A stretch of DNA of 60,609 nt, the filler included, from Porpidia crustulata (taxonomy: Eukaryota), in the NCBI GenBank assembly GCA_964255105.1. It is 11 parts of 11 records of this genome, joined end to end, with 100 filler letters (N's around TTAATTAATTAA, not from the genome) between each part and the next. Parts side by side here need not be neighbours in the genome. Positions count along the whole stretch, not along the records: positions 33,147 to 38,566 come from CAXUWE010001820.1; positions 38,667 to 44,082 come from CAXUWE010001821.1; positions 44,183 to 49,594 come from CAXUWE010001822.1; positions 49,695 to 55,102 come from CAXUWE010001823.1; 7 more parts are not named here. One strand, 5' to 3'. Of this stretch, positions 36,347-50,206 are shown piece after piece. The stretch's first letter is position 1. The number at the start of each line of letters is the position of its first letter. A program made the position numbers and the translations under genes. The notes below the pieces were generated by a model. It ran no database searches. It saw nothing but the letters and a program-made list of their open reading frames with translations, and had not been told where the DNA came from.

Positions 36347-38566
36347 ATGGACCTCCTCAGAGAGGCAATAAAGACCACGCCTATTATAGACCACCATGCG
36401 CACAATCTCTTACTTCCGGGTGAGCAAAACAAGCATCCGTTACTTTCCATGACAACCGAAGCAGAAGGCCTCGCCTTGGAACACACCCCATCTACGCTCG
36501 CACACATGCGTGCCGTACGACAGCTGGCAGAGGTCCTAGACTATGACCCAGATTGGCAAATGGTTCAGGCGGAGTTGGAGAGGAAGCGACAGTCCGTGGG
36601 ATCCGATATCTGGGCGAAACGATGCTTTGAGGGTATCGAGACTGTACTAATTGATGATGGCCTGGACCAAGATATTGTCCATCCATACGAGTGGCATGAT
36701 CGATTAACAAGGTCGCCGTGTAAAAGAATTGTGCGGATTGAGAAGGTAGCAGAGAGCATCCTTGTGGCATTATACGAGGAAAAAGGTGAGTCAACGACTC
36801 GAGATGGGTCCTTTCACGCCACGTTCTTCGAAAGCTTCATGGTCCAGTTCAATAAGGCCATCTTAGAGGCCATTTCAGACCCCAATGTTGTCGGCTTCAA
36901 ATCAGTCATCTGCTATCGCACCGGTTTGGCAATTCCACAATGTCCTGAGCCAAGAGATGCTATGGTGGCAATGCGATCCATGGTCGGGCACGCGCATACT
37001 GTCAAAATAATACGTAAAGTGAAAGACCAAATCCTAAACCCGTTCCTGGTCCACACTGCCGCTAAATTGATTGAAGAAAAATCGGCATTCAAACCCATTC
37101 AATTCCATACTGGGCTTGGTGATAATGATATCCGTCTTAGGTTCAGCTCTCCTTCCCATCTTCAGCCCTTTATTGAGACGTATCCCTCTTTACCTATTGT
37201 ACTATTACACGCAAGCTACCCTTTTACGAAAGAAGCAGGTTACTTAGCAAGTACATATGATAATGTGTACTTGGATATTGGAGAGGTTTTTCCTATGGTG
37301 AGCCAAGAAGGACAGGAGAGCTGCATTCGAGAAGCTTTGGAGCTTTGCCCATCGGAAAAACTGACCTGGAGCACCGACGGCCATTGGTTTCCCGAGACAT
37401 ATTTATTAGCTGTAATTCAGGTGCGAGAAGGTCTGGAATATGTGAGTATGGCAAGACTGCAATTATTTTCAGCTTTTCTATCAGGTCTTATACGTCAGTT
37501 CAAAGCTACGGCAATTTTCGACCTCCCCTCACTCCTGCTGATCCTTGAGAACTCGCATTTGTGTATGTTTGCACTTTCAATGTGACGTCCTACTAATGCT
37601 CGGCTTGATGGAGCAGGTTTTGTGTGAATATGTGCGACGTAGCATCATGACTCACGATCAAGCAATCAAGATTGTCCGGGATATTCTTTTTGATACGTCA
37701 AATCGCTTGTACAAGCTCAATCTGTCAATGAAGCTATTAGAAAGGCCGGCATCAAGCGAAATCGGCGTGCAGAATGTCGTGTCTTCTGAGCTTGACGGGA
37801 TAGAAAAATTCAGAGACTTCATTGTGAGTCATAAGGACATCAAGTATTTCCTTTTACAATGGCTAGATTATACTGCTACTCTGCGGGTCCGCCTTTTGCC
37901 TCACGACCAAGCTCTCAAACGATTCAACAACGGGAATCTTATTGGAATTACAAAAGCCGTACTCGGCCTGTTGCAGCAGGATGAAATGTGCCCAGGATTC
38001 ACGGCTACAGGGCAGTACAGCCTTTATCCATGTTTTGAAAGTCTGCGGGTTGGCGCTGAGAGCGGGTTCGCTGTTGTGCAATGCGAGTTTCGTGAGGAGA
38101 ATTGGAGTCAAGTGCCAATCTGTCCCAGAACAGTGCTGCACAACATCGTGGACAAGTTGGCAGCTCAGGGGCTATCCTTTCTTGTCGGATTCGAGGTGGA
38201 GGTGGTATTTATGAGATGGAGATTTGTCGATGGGCAATACCGCTACGGGCAAGAGCCAATCGCTCAGGGCCACACCTGGTCTGCCGCGCGCGCTCTGCAT
38301 GACAATCCAACAAGAGATATGCTGGAAACGATCTTGAGCAAGCTTTCCAACTCAGGCATCGAGCTCGAGCAATTCCATCCCGAGAGTGGCCCGGGTCAGT
38401 GGGAATTTATCCTCGGTCCATTACCTCCTCTACAAGCGGTCGACACGCTCCTCCTGGCTCGAGAAATCATCTCAACTGCCGCAAGCCCCCACGGGTTCCG
38501 AGCGACTCTCGTCCCCAAAGCTTACCCCTCGGCCGCCGGCACAGGCGCTCACATGCACATCTCGAT
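36347..38566 (+). CDS. fluG: FluG-like developmental protein (amidohydrolase + glutamine synthetase-like domain); intron 37442-37616; 3' truncated
   Basis: IIDHHAH, QFHTGLGDND, LLHASYP and WSTDGH in the amidohydrolase; GFEVEV, EQFHPESGPGQWEF and GTGAHMHIS in the GS-like domain. Confidence 0.9.
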
Positions 38567-38666
38567 NNNNNNNNNNNNNNNNNNNNNNNNNNNNNNNNNN
38601 NNNNNNNNNNTTAATTAATTAANNNNNNNNNNNNNNNNNNNNNNNNNNNNNNNNNNNNNNNNNNNN

Positions 38667-41600
38667 CCTTGACGCCGTTCTTATCCTTCTTCCTCGCCGG
38701 CGTCAGATCCTCCTCCTCGTCTTCTTCCTCGTCTCTTGGCCTCCCCTTCCCAACCCCATTGCCATTGACCGTCTTCCCATCGTTGGCTTCGAATTCTCTT
38801 GCCACCGTTGTCAATAGTGTGGCACACCGCCGTCCAATCTCGACAGGTGTACGGCTGAGGAAGAACCAGTCAAAGCGAAACAGAGGACTCTCGCGGATCT
38901 CGTCTCGGATTCTTTCGTAAATGTTTTCGCCATCGACACCGAGGCGATCGAGTAGGACCAGGAGGAATCGATCTTCTTCTTCGGTATAGACTTTTTTGTT
39001 GGTTGTAGAGACGGAGTAGTTTAATTTGAGTTGCTGCAGTGGAACACGGTACATTTCCATCTTGCGCTTCAGCATTCTCCGCTGGTGATCCAGCTTTCGG
39101 GCCTTTTCTTCGCCGGCTTCGATTGTAGAAATGTACTTTGGATAGTCCTGGATGTCTGTAAAGCGCTTCCAGAAGACCTTCGAGTACTCGGCTACTTCCT
39201 TCTCGAATTTGCCATCGACTTCGGTAGCGATGTCCCGGTAATTGTAGCGACCGTGCTTGGCAGACCCGTTGATGAATTGTTGGAAATCTCGGCGGTTCCA
39301 ATGAGGAAATCCTTGCTCTGACATGCGAGCTTTTTCATCTTGCTCGGCTTCGGTCAGAGGTGTGGCATCGTCGATTTCTTGCTGCTCCAGCGCACGCTCG
39401 GCTTCCCTGTCGCTTTCTGCCATATCCTCTTGGTCGCCAAGTGGGACCTTATAGCCAATTTCTTTGCGGAAGTAGGCTGTCTCTCTGTCTTGCAGATCGC
39501 GAAGTTTGGAGGGGAAGAATTGGTAGTCGTGTACCTGGACCTGTTTTGGTGCGCGTGGTGCTTTGGGTTTGTTGTCCGCTGTTCGTCCGCCCGTTGATAG
39601 GGCTTGTCGGTAGTATTTGTCCATGGAATATGACTGTTCCTTGCGCTCACGCTTTGATGGATTGATCCAAGATACGCCAATCTCTTTCTTCGTAGCTTTT
39701 GTGAAATCCTCGCCATTCCACTCATAGGCATTCTCAGAGGAGAACTTTTGCAGGTCATCAATGCCAAGCTTCTCATATCTAGCGTTGAGGGCTGCTGTGC
39801 GTTCTTCGCCATGCTTCAAGATCGCGTCAATATCATCGTCGGAGAGATCTGACTTACTGCCCAACACCCCTGTTGCACCATTGCTGGTGAATACCTTCTC
39901 TGCACCGTGTTGGATCATATTCAATAGGTCATCCTTCGATGCGGCTGCTTTTGCAGCCTGCTGTGCTCGTCCCTGTTGGATGACTAGCTGATCGAGTCGA
40001 AGCTTCTGCGCTGCGCGTTCGAGTACCTTCTCTTCTATAGCTTGCTCAGTAACGAAGCGAAACACAACGACTTGCTTCGTCTGCCCTATCCTGTGTGCTC
40101 GATCCATGGCCTGCAAATCCGCCTGTGGATTCCAATCGCTATCGAAGAGAATAACGATATCAGCGCTTGTAAGATTGATACCAAGGCCTCCGGCTCGCGT
40201 AGTTAAAAGGAATATAAATTTCTCGGATCCTGGCTTATTGTAGTCGTCGATCGCAGCAATACGATCTTCATGCGCAGTTGACCCATCAATTCTGCAGTAC
40301 TTGTGTTCCCTGAATACGCAGTAATCCTCGAGAATGTCAAGTACTCTGCTCATTTGGGAGAAAATTAATACTCTGCTGTTTTGCTTCTTCATCCTGACCA
40401 GAATCTTATCAAGCATGACCATCTTTCCTGCGTTATATACTAAATGTTCGTCGGTCGTGTATGGTGGGCCAGGCTCAGCACCTTCGAACAGATAAGGATG
40501 GTTGCAACACTTCCGTAATTGCATGACAATGTTCAGGAGTCGGGTTTTCGACTCGCGCTTGCCGGCAGCACCATTAACAGCATCAATATCTTTCTCGAGA
40601 ATCTTTTTATACCACTTGACTTGCATATCGGACATACCAATATACAAGTTGACCTCCTTTTTAGGTAAAAGGCTCTTTTCAACATCGCTTTTCACTCTTC
40701 GTAGAAGAAAAGGCCTAAGCACTCTATGCAATTGCTGAACAACAGTGTCTTGATCGGCGTTTTGGCTTGAAAACCATGAGTCAAAAGCCTCAGAGTCGCC
40801 AAAGACATCCGGGAGCAGGAAGTTAAGTAAAGCCCAAAGTTCGTGTAGATTATTCTGAAGAGGTGTACCGGTGATTAGTAGTCGATTCCTTGATGTGAAG
40901 AGGCGAATTATCTGGGCTAGTGAGGATTCCTCATTCTTGATACGATGAGCTTCGTCAATAATGATGTATTCCCAGGCGAATCGCTTGAGGTGTGACTTTT
41001 CGCGGAGAATCATCTCATAGCTTGTGATACAAACATCAAACTTCTCGTCAATTAGCCGATCGTTAATGAGCTGGTGCCGGTCGTCTTTGGCACCCTGAAG
41101 TACAAGTACGTCTACTTCTGGCGTCCACATCGTGAATTCTCGCTTCCAGTTGTCAAGCGTTGATTTTGGTACAACAATAAGGTGAGGACCAGTGATATTG
41201 GAGATATGTCGAAGGTAGCCTAGGAAGGCAATAGTCTGTAATGTCTTTCCCAAGCCCATCTCGTCCGCTAGGATACCTGAAATCCCATTTTCATGCAAAG
41301 ATACTAGCCAGTTTAGGCCTTGAACTTGATAGTCACGCATCTCGCCATTCTTGATGAAAGCTGGAGACTCGCGAAAAATAGTTTCCGCCTGTCCACCGCG
41401 CTTCTCATCTCTTAGGAGCTCAGCATCCTCTTCTTGCTCTGTTCTCCTTCGTCGCTCTGCCGCAGCACCTCCTTTCCTCGCATGACCCTTCCTGCCCTTT
41501 TCTGCCTCTTCCTCATTCTGCCTGTCAATCTCGGCCATGATCTCCTTGATACGAGGATTTGGGCTCGCATCGATGAAGTGACGGAACAGATCTGTAAGTC

Positions 41601-42150
41601 CGAGAAGATAGCGAAAGCGTCGAATAGAGTCATCCTCCTAGAGTGGTAGACGTCAATTAGCAAAGGCTTCACATTTTTATCCATAAAGGAGGTCCCACCT
41701 TTGATTCATCAAGCCGGTTGTGCTTCTTTCCGAACACGCTCTTACGTAGTTGTGTTGCTTCGGACCTTCGCTTGCGGCCATCGGGTTGCAGAGGATCGCC
41801 TGCTACACTGCTAGCCGTTGTATTTGGGTTTGTATCAGAGTCCTTGGGATGCCAATTAGCCTTGTGGGAAAATGCCGCTTGCAAAGCCGGAATGTAGACG
41901 CTTACAGAGTAATCTGGAGTTTCTTGATTTTCCTACATAGATATTAATCAGCCAGGTCCGCACACATGAAAATAACACAAATCCAATATAAAAACACGTG
42001 AAGCCAGAGGAGGACTAGGAGAAATACCACCATCCCTTCTTCCTCATTGAGTGCTGAGCTGCGACCATTGGCGGTGGTGTTGACGTCAGTCATGGACGTG
42101 TCTGACGATGCCCTATTAAGTTTGGGTCGGCCAGCCTTAGAGACAGGCAT
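38667..42150 (-). CDS. isw2: ISWI chromatin-remodelling ATPase (Isw1/Isw2 family), extreme 3' end cut by gap
   Basis: [15 protein letters not shown] and [14 protein letters not shown]2 motifs plus a HAND-SANT-SLIDE-like C-terminus ([18 protein letters not shown]). Confidence 0.95.
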
Positions 42151-42634
42151 CCTCGACAGAGCTTGGAAACGAGGGCCCGGTCTGGGCTGTAGAGCTATAT
42201 GCTTCCTCAGGATTACTAGCGCGTTTGACTTCGGGAGAGCTCGTAAAGCTGTGGGCGCTGGTGATTTGGGTTCTTGAGGGCCTTGTCGCACGTTGCAGAA
42301 GCAGGAGAAATTGTGTGGTCGTGAAGACGTGGGTGGAGCGTCTAAGGGAGTAGAAATGTTTCGCGTAATTAAGATACCGTCGGATGCTATTCGCCCTCCC
42401 GCCGCTTACTTGCTTACATAAGGCCGGTCCTGCGCTAGGGCCCACTTCGGCGGGGCCAGGTCAACATTGTTCAGATTATTCCATTCCAACATAAGCGTCA
42501 GCAATCAGTCCTCAGAAATAACCTTTCATTCTGTGAAGGTTCCTCGTATCTGCTTTTCCTCTTTCTTGCCTGCGAATTCCAAGTCCTATCACTCAAGCAT
42601 CTGTGCCCGAAACATATTCCGCTTATAGACGACT

Positions 42635-42681
42635 TTACCACCTAATAGTAAGATCTTACCACCTAATAGTAAGATCTTACC
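42635..42681. repeat. 21-bp tandem duplication (TTACCACCTAATAGTAAGATC x2.2)
   Basis: Exact direct repeat in the divergent intergenic region. Confidence 0.9.
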
Positions 42682-42765
42682 GTAGACTTTACGGACGCAT
42701 CTCCAAACCATCTGGAGCATCTGTCTGATATCTGCACTGTTAGGAATACGATAATAGTACAGATC

Positions 42766-43608
42766 ATGGATTCGATGAGAAGTCTCAATAAATCTTTACC
42801 AACATCGCATAAGCAGCGATCTGCTCAACCGCCTGAGCAACTCATCCAGGCTTTCAAAACGGCTGCCCTTTCAGTAACAAATCTTTATAAGACTGCCGCA
42901 TCAGACCAGACTCGAGCGCGTGAGGCAGGATACCAGGATGCACTCGATGACGTCCTCGCCTTCCTCGATAAGGAAAATCTAGGATTAGGAGACGGTGAGG
43001 GCTGGAGAGTCCGGCAATGGGCCACGGGACGATTGGATGGGACTTTACCGGCTCATGCCGGCAGCGATACAGATGATGACCGAGGGGAGACAGAAAAGCG
43101 GACGAGAAGCAGCTCCCCTGCGGCTCAACGCAAAGAGTGCCCGGATTTACTCGTGGAACGCCACCATTCACGATCAAGTTCGCCGGCACGGACGGCACCT
43201 ACTTCTGCAACAATGTCAGAACCTGTACAAACGCAAGTAACCGCTATCAAGAAATCCGAAGTATTCTCATTTCGATCCTCAATTCCATACCCTCAAGATA
43301 TGGAAGTGCAAGCCGTTGACCCTGCAAATGTTGGCACTTCGCCGTCAGAAGGACAGATACAACCTACAGCAACAACGTCCACGCCAGCAGTCCGGGTTGA
43401 GGTCGTTCCACGTGGTTCTAGGACGCCTCATCGGAACGGAAATCATACCAATAGGCACAACACGCGATCGGCTACCACTACGCGATCCATCGGTTCTGGG
43501 GCAGGACCTAAAAGAAAGTTACAATTTGGTGACTTCTTCGATATCGGCAGTCTAGGGGATGGGAAAGATGGATTCGGTGGCGGCGGGAAGCGATCCCGGT
43601 TCACATGA
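42766..43608 (+). CDS. Conserved fungal hypothetical protein (YJR056C/HAPSTR1 N-terminal-like)
   Basis: AFKTAALSVTNLYK...GYQDALDD motif followed by a low-complexity region; intronless 280 aa. Confidence 0.75.
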   Translation: MDSMRSLNKSLPTSHKQRSAQPPEQLIQAFKTAALSVTNLYKTAASDQTRAREAGYQDALDDVLAFLDKENLGLGDGEGWRVRQWATGRLDGTLPAHAGSDTDDDRGETEKRTRSSSPAAQRKECPDLLVERHHSRSSSPARTAPTSATMSEPVQTQVTAIKKSEVFSFRSSIPYPQDMEVQAVDPANVGTSPSEGQIQPTATTSTPAVRVEVVPRGSRTPHRNGNHTNRHNTRSATTTRSIGSGAGPKRKLQFGDFFDIGSLGDGKDGFGGGGKRSRFT

Positions 43609-44918
43609 GCACCGACTGACGCATCAAGCATTTTTCTTTCTCCTTTTATATCGCGCGGCGGCATAGCATGGAACTGTGGATATTTGAGACTTTGGAGACG
43701 AGCGCCTCGTCGTTGCATCATTGAGATTACACGGGATATGAATATGGGTCTCTGGTGGGCTGTCTACCCTCATGAACATACTGCTAGCATTTCCAGCATA
43801 GTTGCACTCATCCAGCTTCCATTCGTGCATAGACGTTCCTGTTGCGTTTAATTTCGGCCGCAGCCGTCATTTTCCATGTTAGCTTCCCGGAAAACTAAAA
43901 TTCATCCATCCATCTCAGATCCGTAATGAGCGCCCGAATCCCTGCTACCACGTTCCATCAGCACATCCACACAAGCCACCACGATTAAGCGACCACTTCC
44001 CTCCTCATCTGCCTCCTCACAGCCCTCGCAGTCAGCGCAGGAGGTCCCGCCAACACTCCCACGCTCCCGCCTCCCTCCCCATNNNNNNNNNNNNNNNNNN
44101 NNNNNNNNNNNNNNNNNNNNNNNNNNTTAATTAATTAANNNNNNNNNNNNNNNNNNNNNNNNNNNNNNNNNNNNNNNNNNNNGCCTTGTTTGGTTTACAG
44201 CCGCGGTGGTTTTGGTGGGAGGTTTGGCGGTTTGGCTGTCATAGAATGCCAAGCCGAGAGTTGGGGCTCGGGACTTCAGAAGTGTACAATGGCTGCGTTG
44301 CGATCGAAACTTTTCGGATTGCCGGACGGGGTTTGTTCGACGATCTGTATATAGGACGTGTGAGTGTAATATATGGAATTTTTATCATTTATACGACATA
44401 TAAAGACATCTAAACGATGGGTACCCCGGGCCTGCAGGGAATTTAGAAGATCAGTCGTCTTGATGGGATTTTATCATGTCTCGTGATATCCTATATGTGC
44501 ACAAAGTAACGTGACTAGGCATGAGATTTGTCTCTGAAGTACAAATGTCGTGAAAGGGAAGGACAAAGTAAGTCACGGACTGCCCTCGTGCGAGATTTTA
44601 GCGACGACAGCCAAGCGAATGATGAGAGCTTAACGACTAAAGAGAACAAAAATCTGTCCCCAGTTTAGTCGAATGTCGCCCGAGGACTGCCACTTTGCCG
44701 AAAGGGCTGGCTGAGCAGAAATGCTACAATATCCTTATCAGACGATGAACGCGTTACGCTCATTCTTTTCATTCATCAAGACTTTCTCGTTCGACCATTC
44801 AGAAAAGCGCGCGCTCTTTCACAATTAATCTCATGATCGCTGAGATGAGATATCCGTTGGCAGGCCTTTCTTCTCTGCTTGAATTGCATGTTATACAATG
44901 TAAATGAATATACCAGAT

Positions 44919-46261
44919 CTAAATACTGCCGTTCGATGTCAAATTCCAGTCTCTCGTTACCATAATTCCTGGAATAGTCTCCGTAGGGTTGGATGTCAAC
45001 GACCTTTCATAATTCGAAGTTCCATCGCTTTCCGGGCCGGAGATTGTATTTTGGGTGGCTACGACATCTGTCAAGGGGTACAAGTGGCCGTGCAGACGCT
45101 TGAAGTTTCTTGAATTGGATCTGCCTGATCTTGGGTTTCCTCTCGAACGGCGGCTCATCCAAAGCCTCTGGCTTTCTGTGGTTTTTGTTGAGCCTGTAAT
45201 CCGGCGCCACATGCGTGAGATGGTATCAGACAAATTTGAAAGAACGGGCTTCATAAGTGGTAAACATGCACAGGTAGTGCCAAGGGCTGGCTCGAGAGTA
45301 CAAAAGTTTACATCGAGAACGGTAGAGTACGTTATATCCTTGAGACCTATCTGCTGATTTGCCCAAATACGTACGATTGAGACTATGCAGACACTGGAAC
45401 AGGATCTTTGTTAAAAAAGATGAACCTTCAAGTGCATGAAAGTTCGAAAAGAGCTTACAGTGAGCCGAAACCAAAAATCAAGGTCAATTCCACCTTCTTC
45501 CTGACTGTCATTTGTAGGGTCCATAGCATTGGGATGACATTTGCAATAACGCTCACATCGAGAATCAGATTCAATACCACTGGGATGGGGTAGATGTCAT
45601 TTGGATTTGCGCAGGAACCATGAATCGTCTTGTCCCAGCTGTATGCCAGCGGACGACAACCTAAAAGCAGAGCCAGAATATTTCCCACACAGAAGCATGC
45701 TGTGGCAGCCATTATGGCGTACGTCTTTATTTTAAACCTTCGAACGGGGAAAATTCTGATGTGTAGATCCAGTATCGAGATCTTCAATGATGTTGTGGCA
45801 ATAGTGAAGATGAATCCAGCCGAAAAGAAAACCTAGGGCTGGTCACCATGGTTTTAAGTCCTCGATAATGTGATAAGACTTACTTTAAGCAGAACCGTTC
45901 TACCCTCCTCGCTCACGTCCGTCTGGTGCAGACCGATACCTCCATTTATGATACCTTGCATTTTTAATAAGTCTCCAACGACTTCATATTGCCAGGACAG
46001 CTTACCAACTACGTTTGCTCCGATTAATCCCAAGGTAAAGATCTATTCCATTGTCAGCAGCACTCTTCTCGGCAGACCGTATGGAGTAATCCTTGCCAGG
46101 GCACAGATAATGGCATAGTCATTGAAATAGAGCGATTGTTTTTTCAATCTCCGTACCCAGATGCGGAGACCAACTGCAAGAATAGCGAGTGCACCAAAAA
46201 AACCAGTGACCACGATAAAGGCGACGCCGCGAGGGTTATAGTCCAAGTACAAAAGTGCCAT
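44919..46261 (-). CDS. Pth11-like integral membrane receptor (fungal rhodopsin domain, no CFEM)
   Basis: AVGLRIWVR...NDY, KISILDLHIRIF, CRPLAYSWDKTIHGSC, PMLWTLQM..RKK and ACLPLMKP motifs across several exons. Confidence 0.85.
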
Positions 46262-47714
46262 TGTACGCTGGTGGTGCAAAAAGGCAAAAGTATCACGCTT
46301 TATTAAGTAAACATAATCGAACTAGACGTATTGTGTCAGTTGCTCTTCTTCGGACTGAGATTATTCTGGAGGACGAAGAACAGTATTTCTGTTCCAAATT
46401 TTCTCGAGTCTGAAAATATACCCATCATATCACTTGCCTTGTTGGATTAAGGCGCATCTGTGCCACGTTCGAGAATACGCTCTGCAGCTCGAGTCGCCGA
46501 GTCATGATCAAGGATAGATAAGAACGGATAAGAATAATAATGCCAGATTGGAATTGAATGGTGACATGAGAGCTACATGGAAATATGAACGACGTAGTCA
46601 GAGCCTTTTCCTTTAATTGATTAATTGAAGCCTCTGATGTCGGTTTCAGTTAAGAATCTCGAGACCCGCAGCTACAAAACCCTGAGATATGTACGATCGT
46701 TCATTGTAAAACTCACGCAATGTATAAATAAACGTTCTCGGATGATCGTGATGAGGCCCTCTGAAATTGATAGGCTAACTTCATGCAAGTCAATCGCGGG
46801 AAACACATCTATGATGCCTTCTCGAGGGAACACAAGGGCAGAGGCACAGCATGCATACTTTGTCTAGAACAGAGCCAAACATATCATTTCTCATAAGGGA
46901 ACAGGTCTTGATACAAATCCGTGAAATTTCTTTAAATTCTAAGAGTGTTTCTTTAGAACACTAGAGGGATACCGAGCAACACAGTCTTCTGAGATAATTC
47001 CTCTTTTCAGCGCTCAATAGTCTTGTTTATGTAGAACGAGTTTTCACTTTTTATAAGTCGTGACGAATTAATCTTTTAGATCTCTTCACACTTACTCTTC
47101 ATTCTTCTCAGAAGTAAATGTAATAGGGTACTTCAAGACTAGCGGTGCGACAGCAGAGCTAATTTCTGAGAGAGCCATGTTCTTCCCGACGCAAGTATAT
47201 CGACCTGGAAACGTAGTGGGCTTTTGAGGCTTAAGAAACACTTAAACGTATCATTGAAGAACATGGCGAAGACTCTGGTGAAGGGAATTAGGTGATGACG
47301 ACGCAAATCCGGCACTATGACCGCCGTTATGCCCGAAATCCGCCTCTGGTTGATGATTGGCTGATTATAGTATCAATTGGTTTTAAGGGGCTGAAATGAC
47401 TAATGCGATGATCAAGTCTTGTCCAATCAGCATCTGTATAATTCGACGTCTTCGCAATGACGCACAAGGAGGGTCGTTAGCGAGGGATCGCTGTCGCAAG
47501 TGTACTACGTAAGCGCCACCCTTTGTCCTTTTCGGTCAGTAGATACAACTGCTTCAATTATAACTTCATCTGTGTCTACAGTGTAGTGTACCTGACTTTT
47601 GCTGTCACCTCTGCCTACACGACTCGGTACTTGGTCATTTTATATTCTTCAATCGCTCATTAAGACGAAAGCATTGGCCTTGACTAGGTCTCCCACTTAA
47701 TTCCGCTTGCCAAC

Positions 47715-48990
47715 ATGGCCAAAACTCGTTCAGCGGGCTCCGGTCGCAGCATTCCTTTGATACTGTCCTACATATTCGACTGGATTGTCATTGTGTAAGG
47801 AGACCACACTCCTCTCTTGGCAGTATTGCTGACCCTGTAAAGTGTCATTGCAGCCATTGGTGCTGGCTTTTACAGAGCCACCGGGAACCGACGTCCTTTC
47901 TCAGTCACAAACCCAGAAATCTCATTCCCTTATGTCGCCAAGGAGAAAGTGTCGACCGGCGTGCTTGTCGTCGTGTCTCTGGTTGCCCCAGCATTTTTGA
48001 TGATTCCAATCTGTCTCATTTTCGTACCTGGACCCAGTGCGTCGAGAGGTGTGCCGAAGTCATTGCTCTGGAGGCGGAAGCTTTGGGAACTCAATACCGC
48101 ATTGATGGGCCTTGCTCTTGCCGTTGCTTCGGCATTTTTCTTCACTCAAGGAATGAAAAATTTGTTTGGCAAGCCGAGACCCGACTTGATCAGCCGTTGT
48201 AAGCCGAATCTGGCGAATCTGGTTACAAACTCTGTCGGTGGTCTTGGCAATGCCGTGCCTTTATGGAACGAACTTCAATCGTGGACTATCTGCACCCAGA
48301 CGAGCACGGCAATTCTCAATGATGGGTTCCAAAGTTTTCCCAGTGGACACTCTTCCTGTTAGTACCGAATTATCAACTTCGATAATACCATCTAACAGCA
48401 ATACAGTCTCTTTCTCCGGCCTAACCTTCTTCTCCCTCTTCCTCTGTGCCAAATTCGCTATCAACATCCCCTACCTCCTTCCATACACCCACACAAACCG
48501 CCACACCATGTCCTCCCCCTTCGCCCTCGACTCCGCCGCCAAGTCCACTGGCCTTGCTTTCCGTAATCAAGCCGCCGCGCCACCACTCTACCTCTTCGCT
48601 CTCCCGCTCGTCCCCTTCTGCGCCGCCATTTACATCTCCTCGACCCGTTACTCCGATTTCCGCCACCACGGCTTCGACATCCTCTTCGGCTCTGTCATGG
48701 GTTTCGTCCTCGCCTGGGCCTCATTCCGCCTCTATCACCTCCCGATCCGCCGGTCTGCCGGCTGGGCATGGGGGCCAAGAAGCTCGACCAGGGCGTTTGG
48801 TGTCGGCGTTGGTGCGGGTGGGTATGTGGAAGAGGAGGAGCGTGCGGCTATGCAGGAGGATGTCGAGTTGGGGAAGATGAACGAGCCAGCGCATAACAGG
48901 ATCAGCAGTGGGGCGGATGATGCGAGGTTGGTTAATACGGGGTATGGGGGTAATGGGGCCACTCCGACATATCCGCCTCCGCCGCATTGA
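47715..48990 (+). CDS. PAP2 lipid phosphate phosphatase (Dpp1/Lpp1-like)
   Basis: KNLFGKPRP, SFPSGH and STRYSDFRHH catalytic motifs; two introns. Confidence 0.92.
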
Positions 48991-50206
48991 GCGGAAGGAG
49001 CTCAACAGCGTGGGACGTCGTGGGTCATCTAAATGGTTTGACGTACTTCCAAGGATCGATGAGAAAAAAATTCAAACGCAATTTTGGACATTTCATCTTA
49101 GCGCAGTTTGTCACTTTGGAGTTTTTTCTTTGTACTTTAGATGACACTTTTAATAATCGCCCAGAATCGCATTTCCAAATCAATCTTTCCATCGGTGAAT
49201 TTTTTTCCCCGTGGGTGATCGGGGAACGTCCATTTTTCTTGGACCTTTGTGAGGTTGGTGTTTTCGGTGGGTTATTTCTTATTTTTTGATCTTTTTGGAA
49301 TTTCGTGGGGTTTTTATGAAGGGCAGGAGGGAGGTGGGTGAGTGAATGATCGAGTGGATGAGTATTGACGATGCATGGTTACAAGGGGGTTTTTTTTTTA
49401 AATTAAAAAAGAGATGAGTGCGTTGTTTGGATTGTTTTTTGTAAGGTTTTCACCCTTCACACCGCTCTCATTGTTTTCATACCTGTATTTCACATTTTTT
49501 TGTTTTATATTCTGAAAAAATAATTCCATCGGACATCTTTCCTCCTCATCTTCAACCTTCTCCCCCTGTTTTTTGTCCAACCCCTCCCTTTTTCNNNNNN
49601 NNNNNNNNNNNNNNNNNNNNNNNNNNNNNNNNNNNNNNTTAATTAATTAANNNNNNNNNNNNNNNNNNNNNNNNNNNNNNNNNNNNNNNNNNNNGGGGAG
49701 GTGGGATTGGAGTGATGGAATGGGAGAGGGATGGGAGAGTGGGATGGGAGAGGTGGGATGGTAGCTAGAGATTATAGGTCTATAAGTAGATAAACAAGAA
49801 CGTATGTCTATGAATCCTTCAGTTGAAATTTCCAGATTGTAGTTTCAATTGATCAATTAGCAAAGGAAAATCGCAAAACAAAGGTTGTAGGGGTCCGGAA
49901 GTTTGGAGGTAGTGATAGAGAGGGAAGGGGCAGAAGGAGTTGAAAGGGGATAGACAGTTGTAAGTGAGGGTGATAGCTTGGAGACGGGGTTGAAAAGGGG
50001 CAGATGGATAGGCGGCGTATGCTCCCAGCGTTTCCTTGCTGGCTCTGGTGAATCTGTCAGTGGGAAGGTGTTTGACTCGTCGTCGCTAGTTTGGATTTCT
50101 ATTTCCTGGTTTGTCAGACTTTAGTATTGCAAGTTCACTGCTTGGAGATCTAATGTATAATGACCGAAACCAAGTGATGGGTATCATTGTTCTTGACAAA
50201 TGCCTA

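Noticed and set aside
43927..44082. Signal-peptide-like stretch (LLICLLTALAVSA) at the contig end
   Set aside because: No in-frame ATG, and truncated by the gap.
49180..49594. Homopolymer-rich, T-rich contig tail
   Set aside because: Looks like low-complexity or low-quality sequence; no supportable feature.
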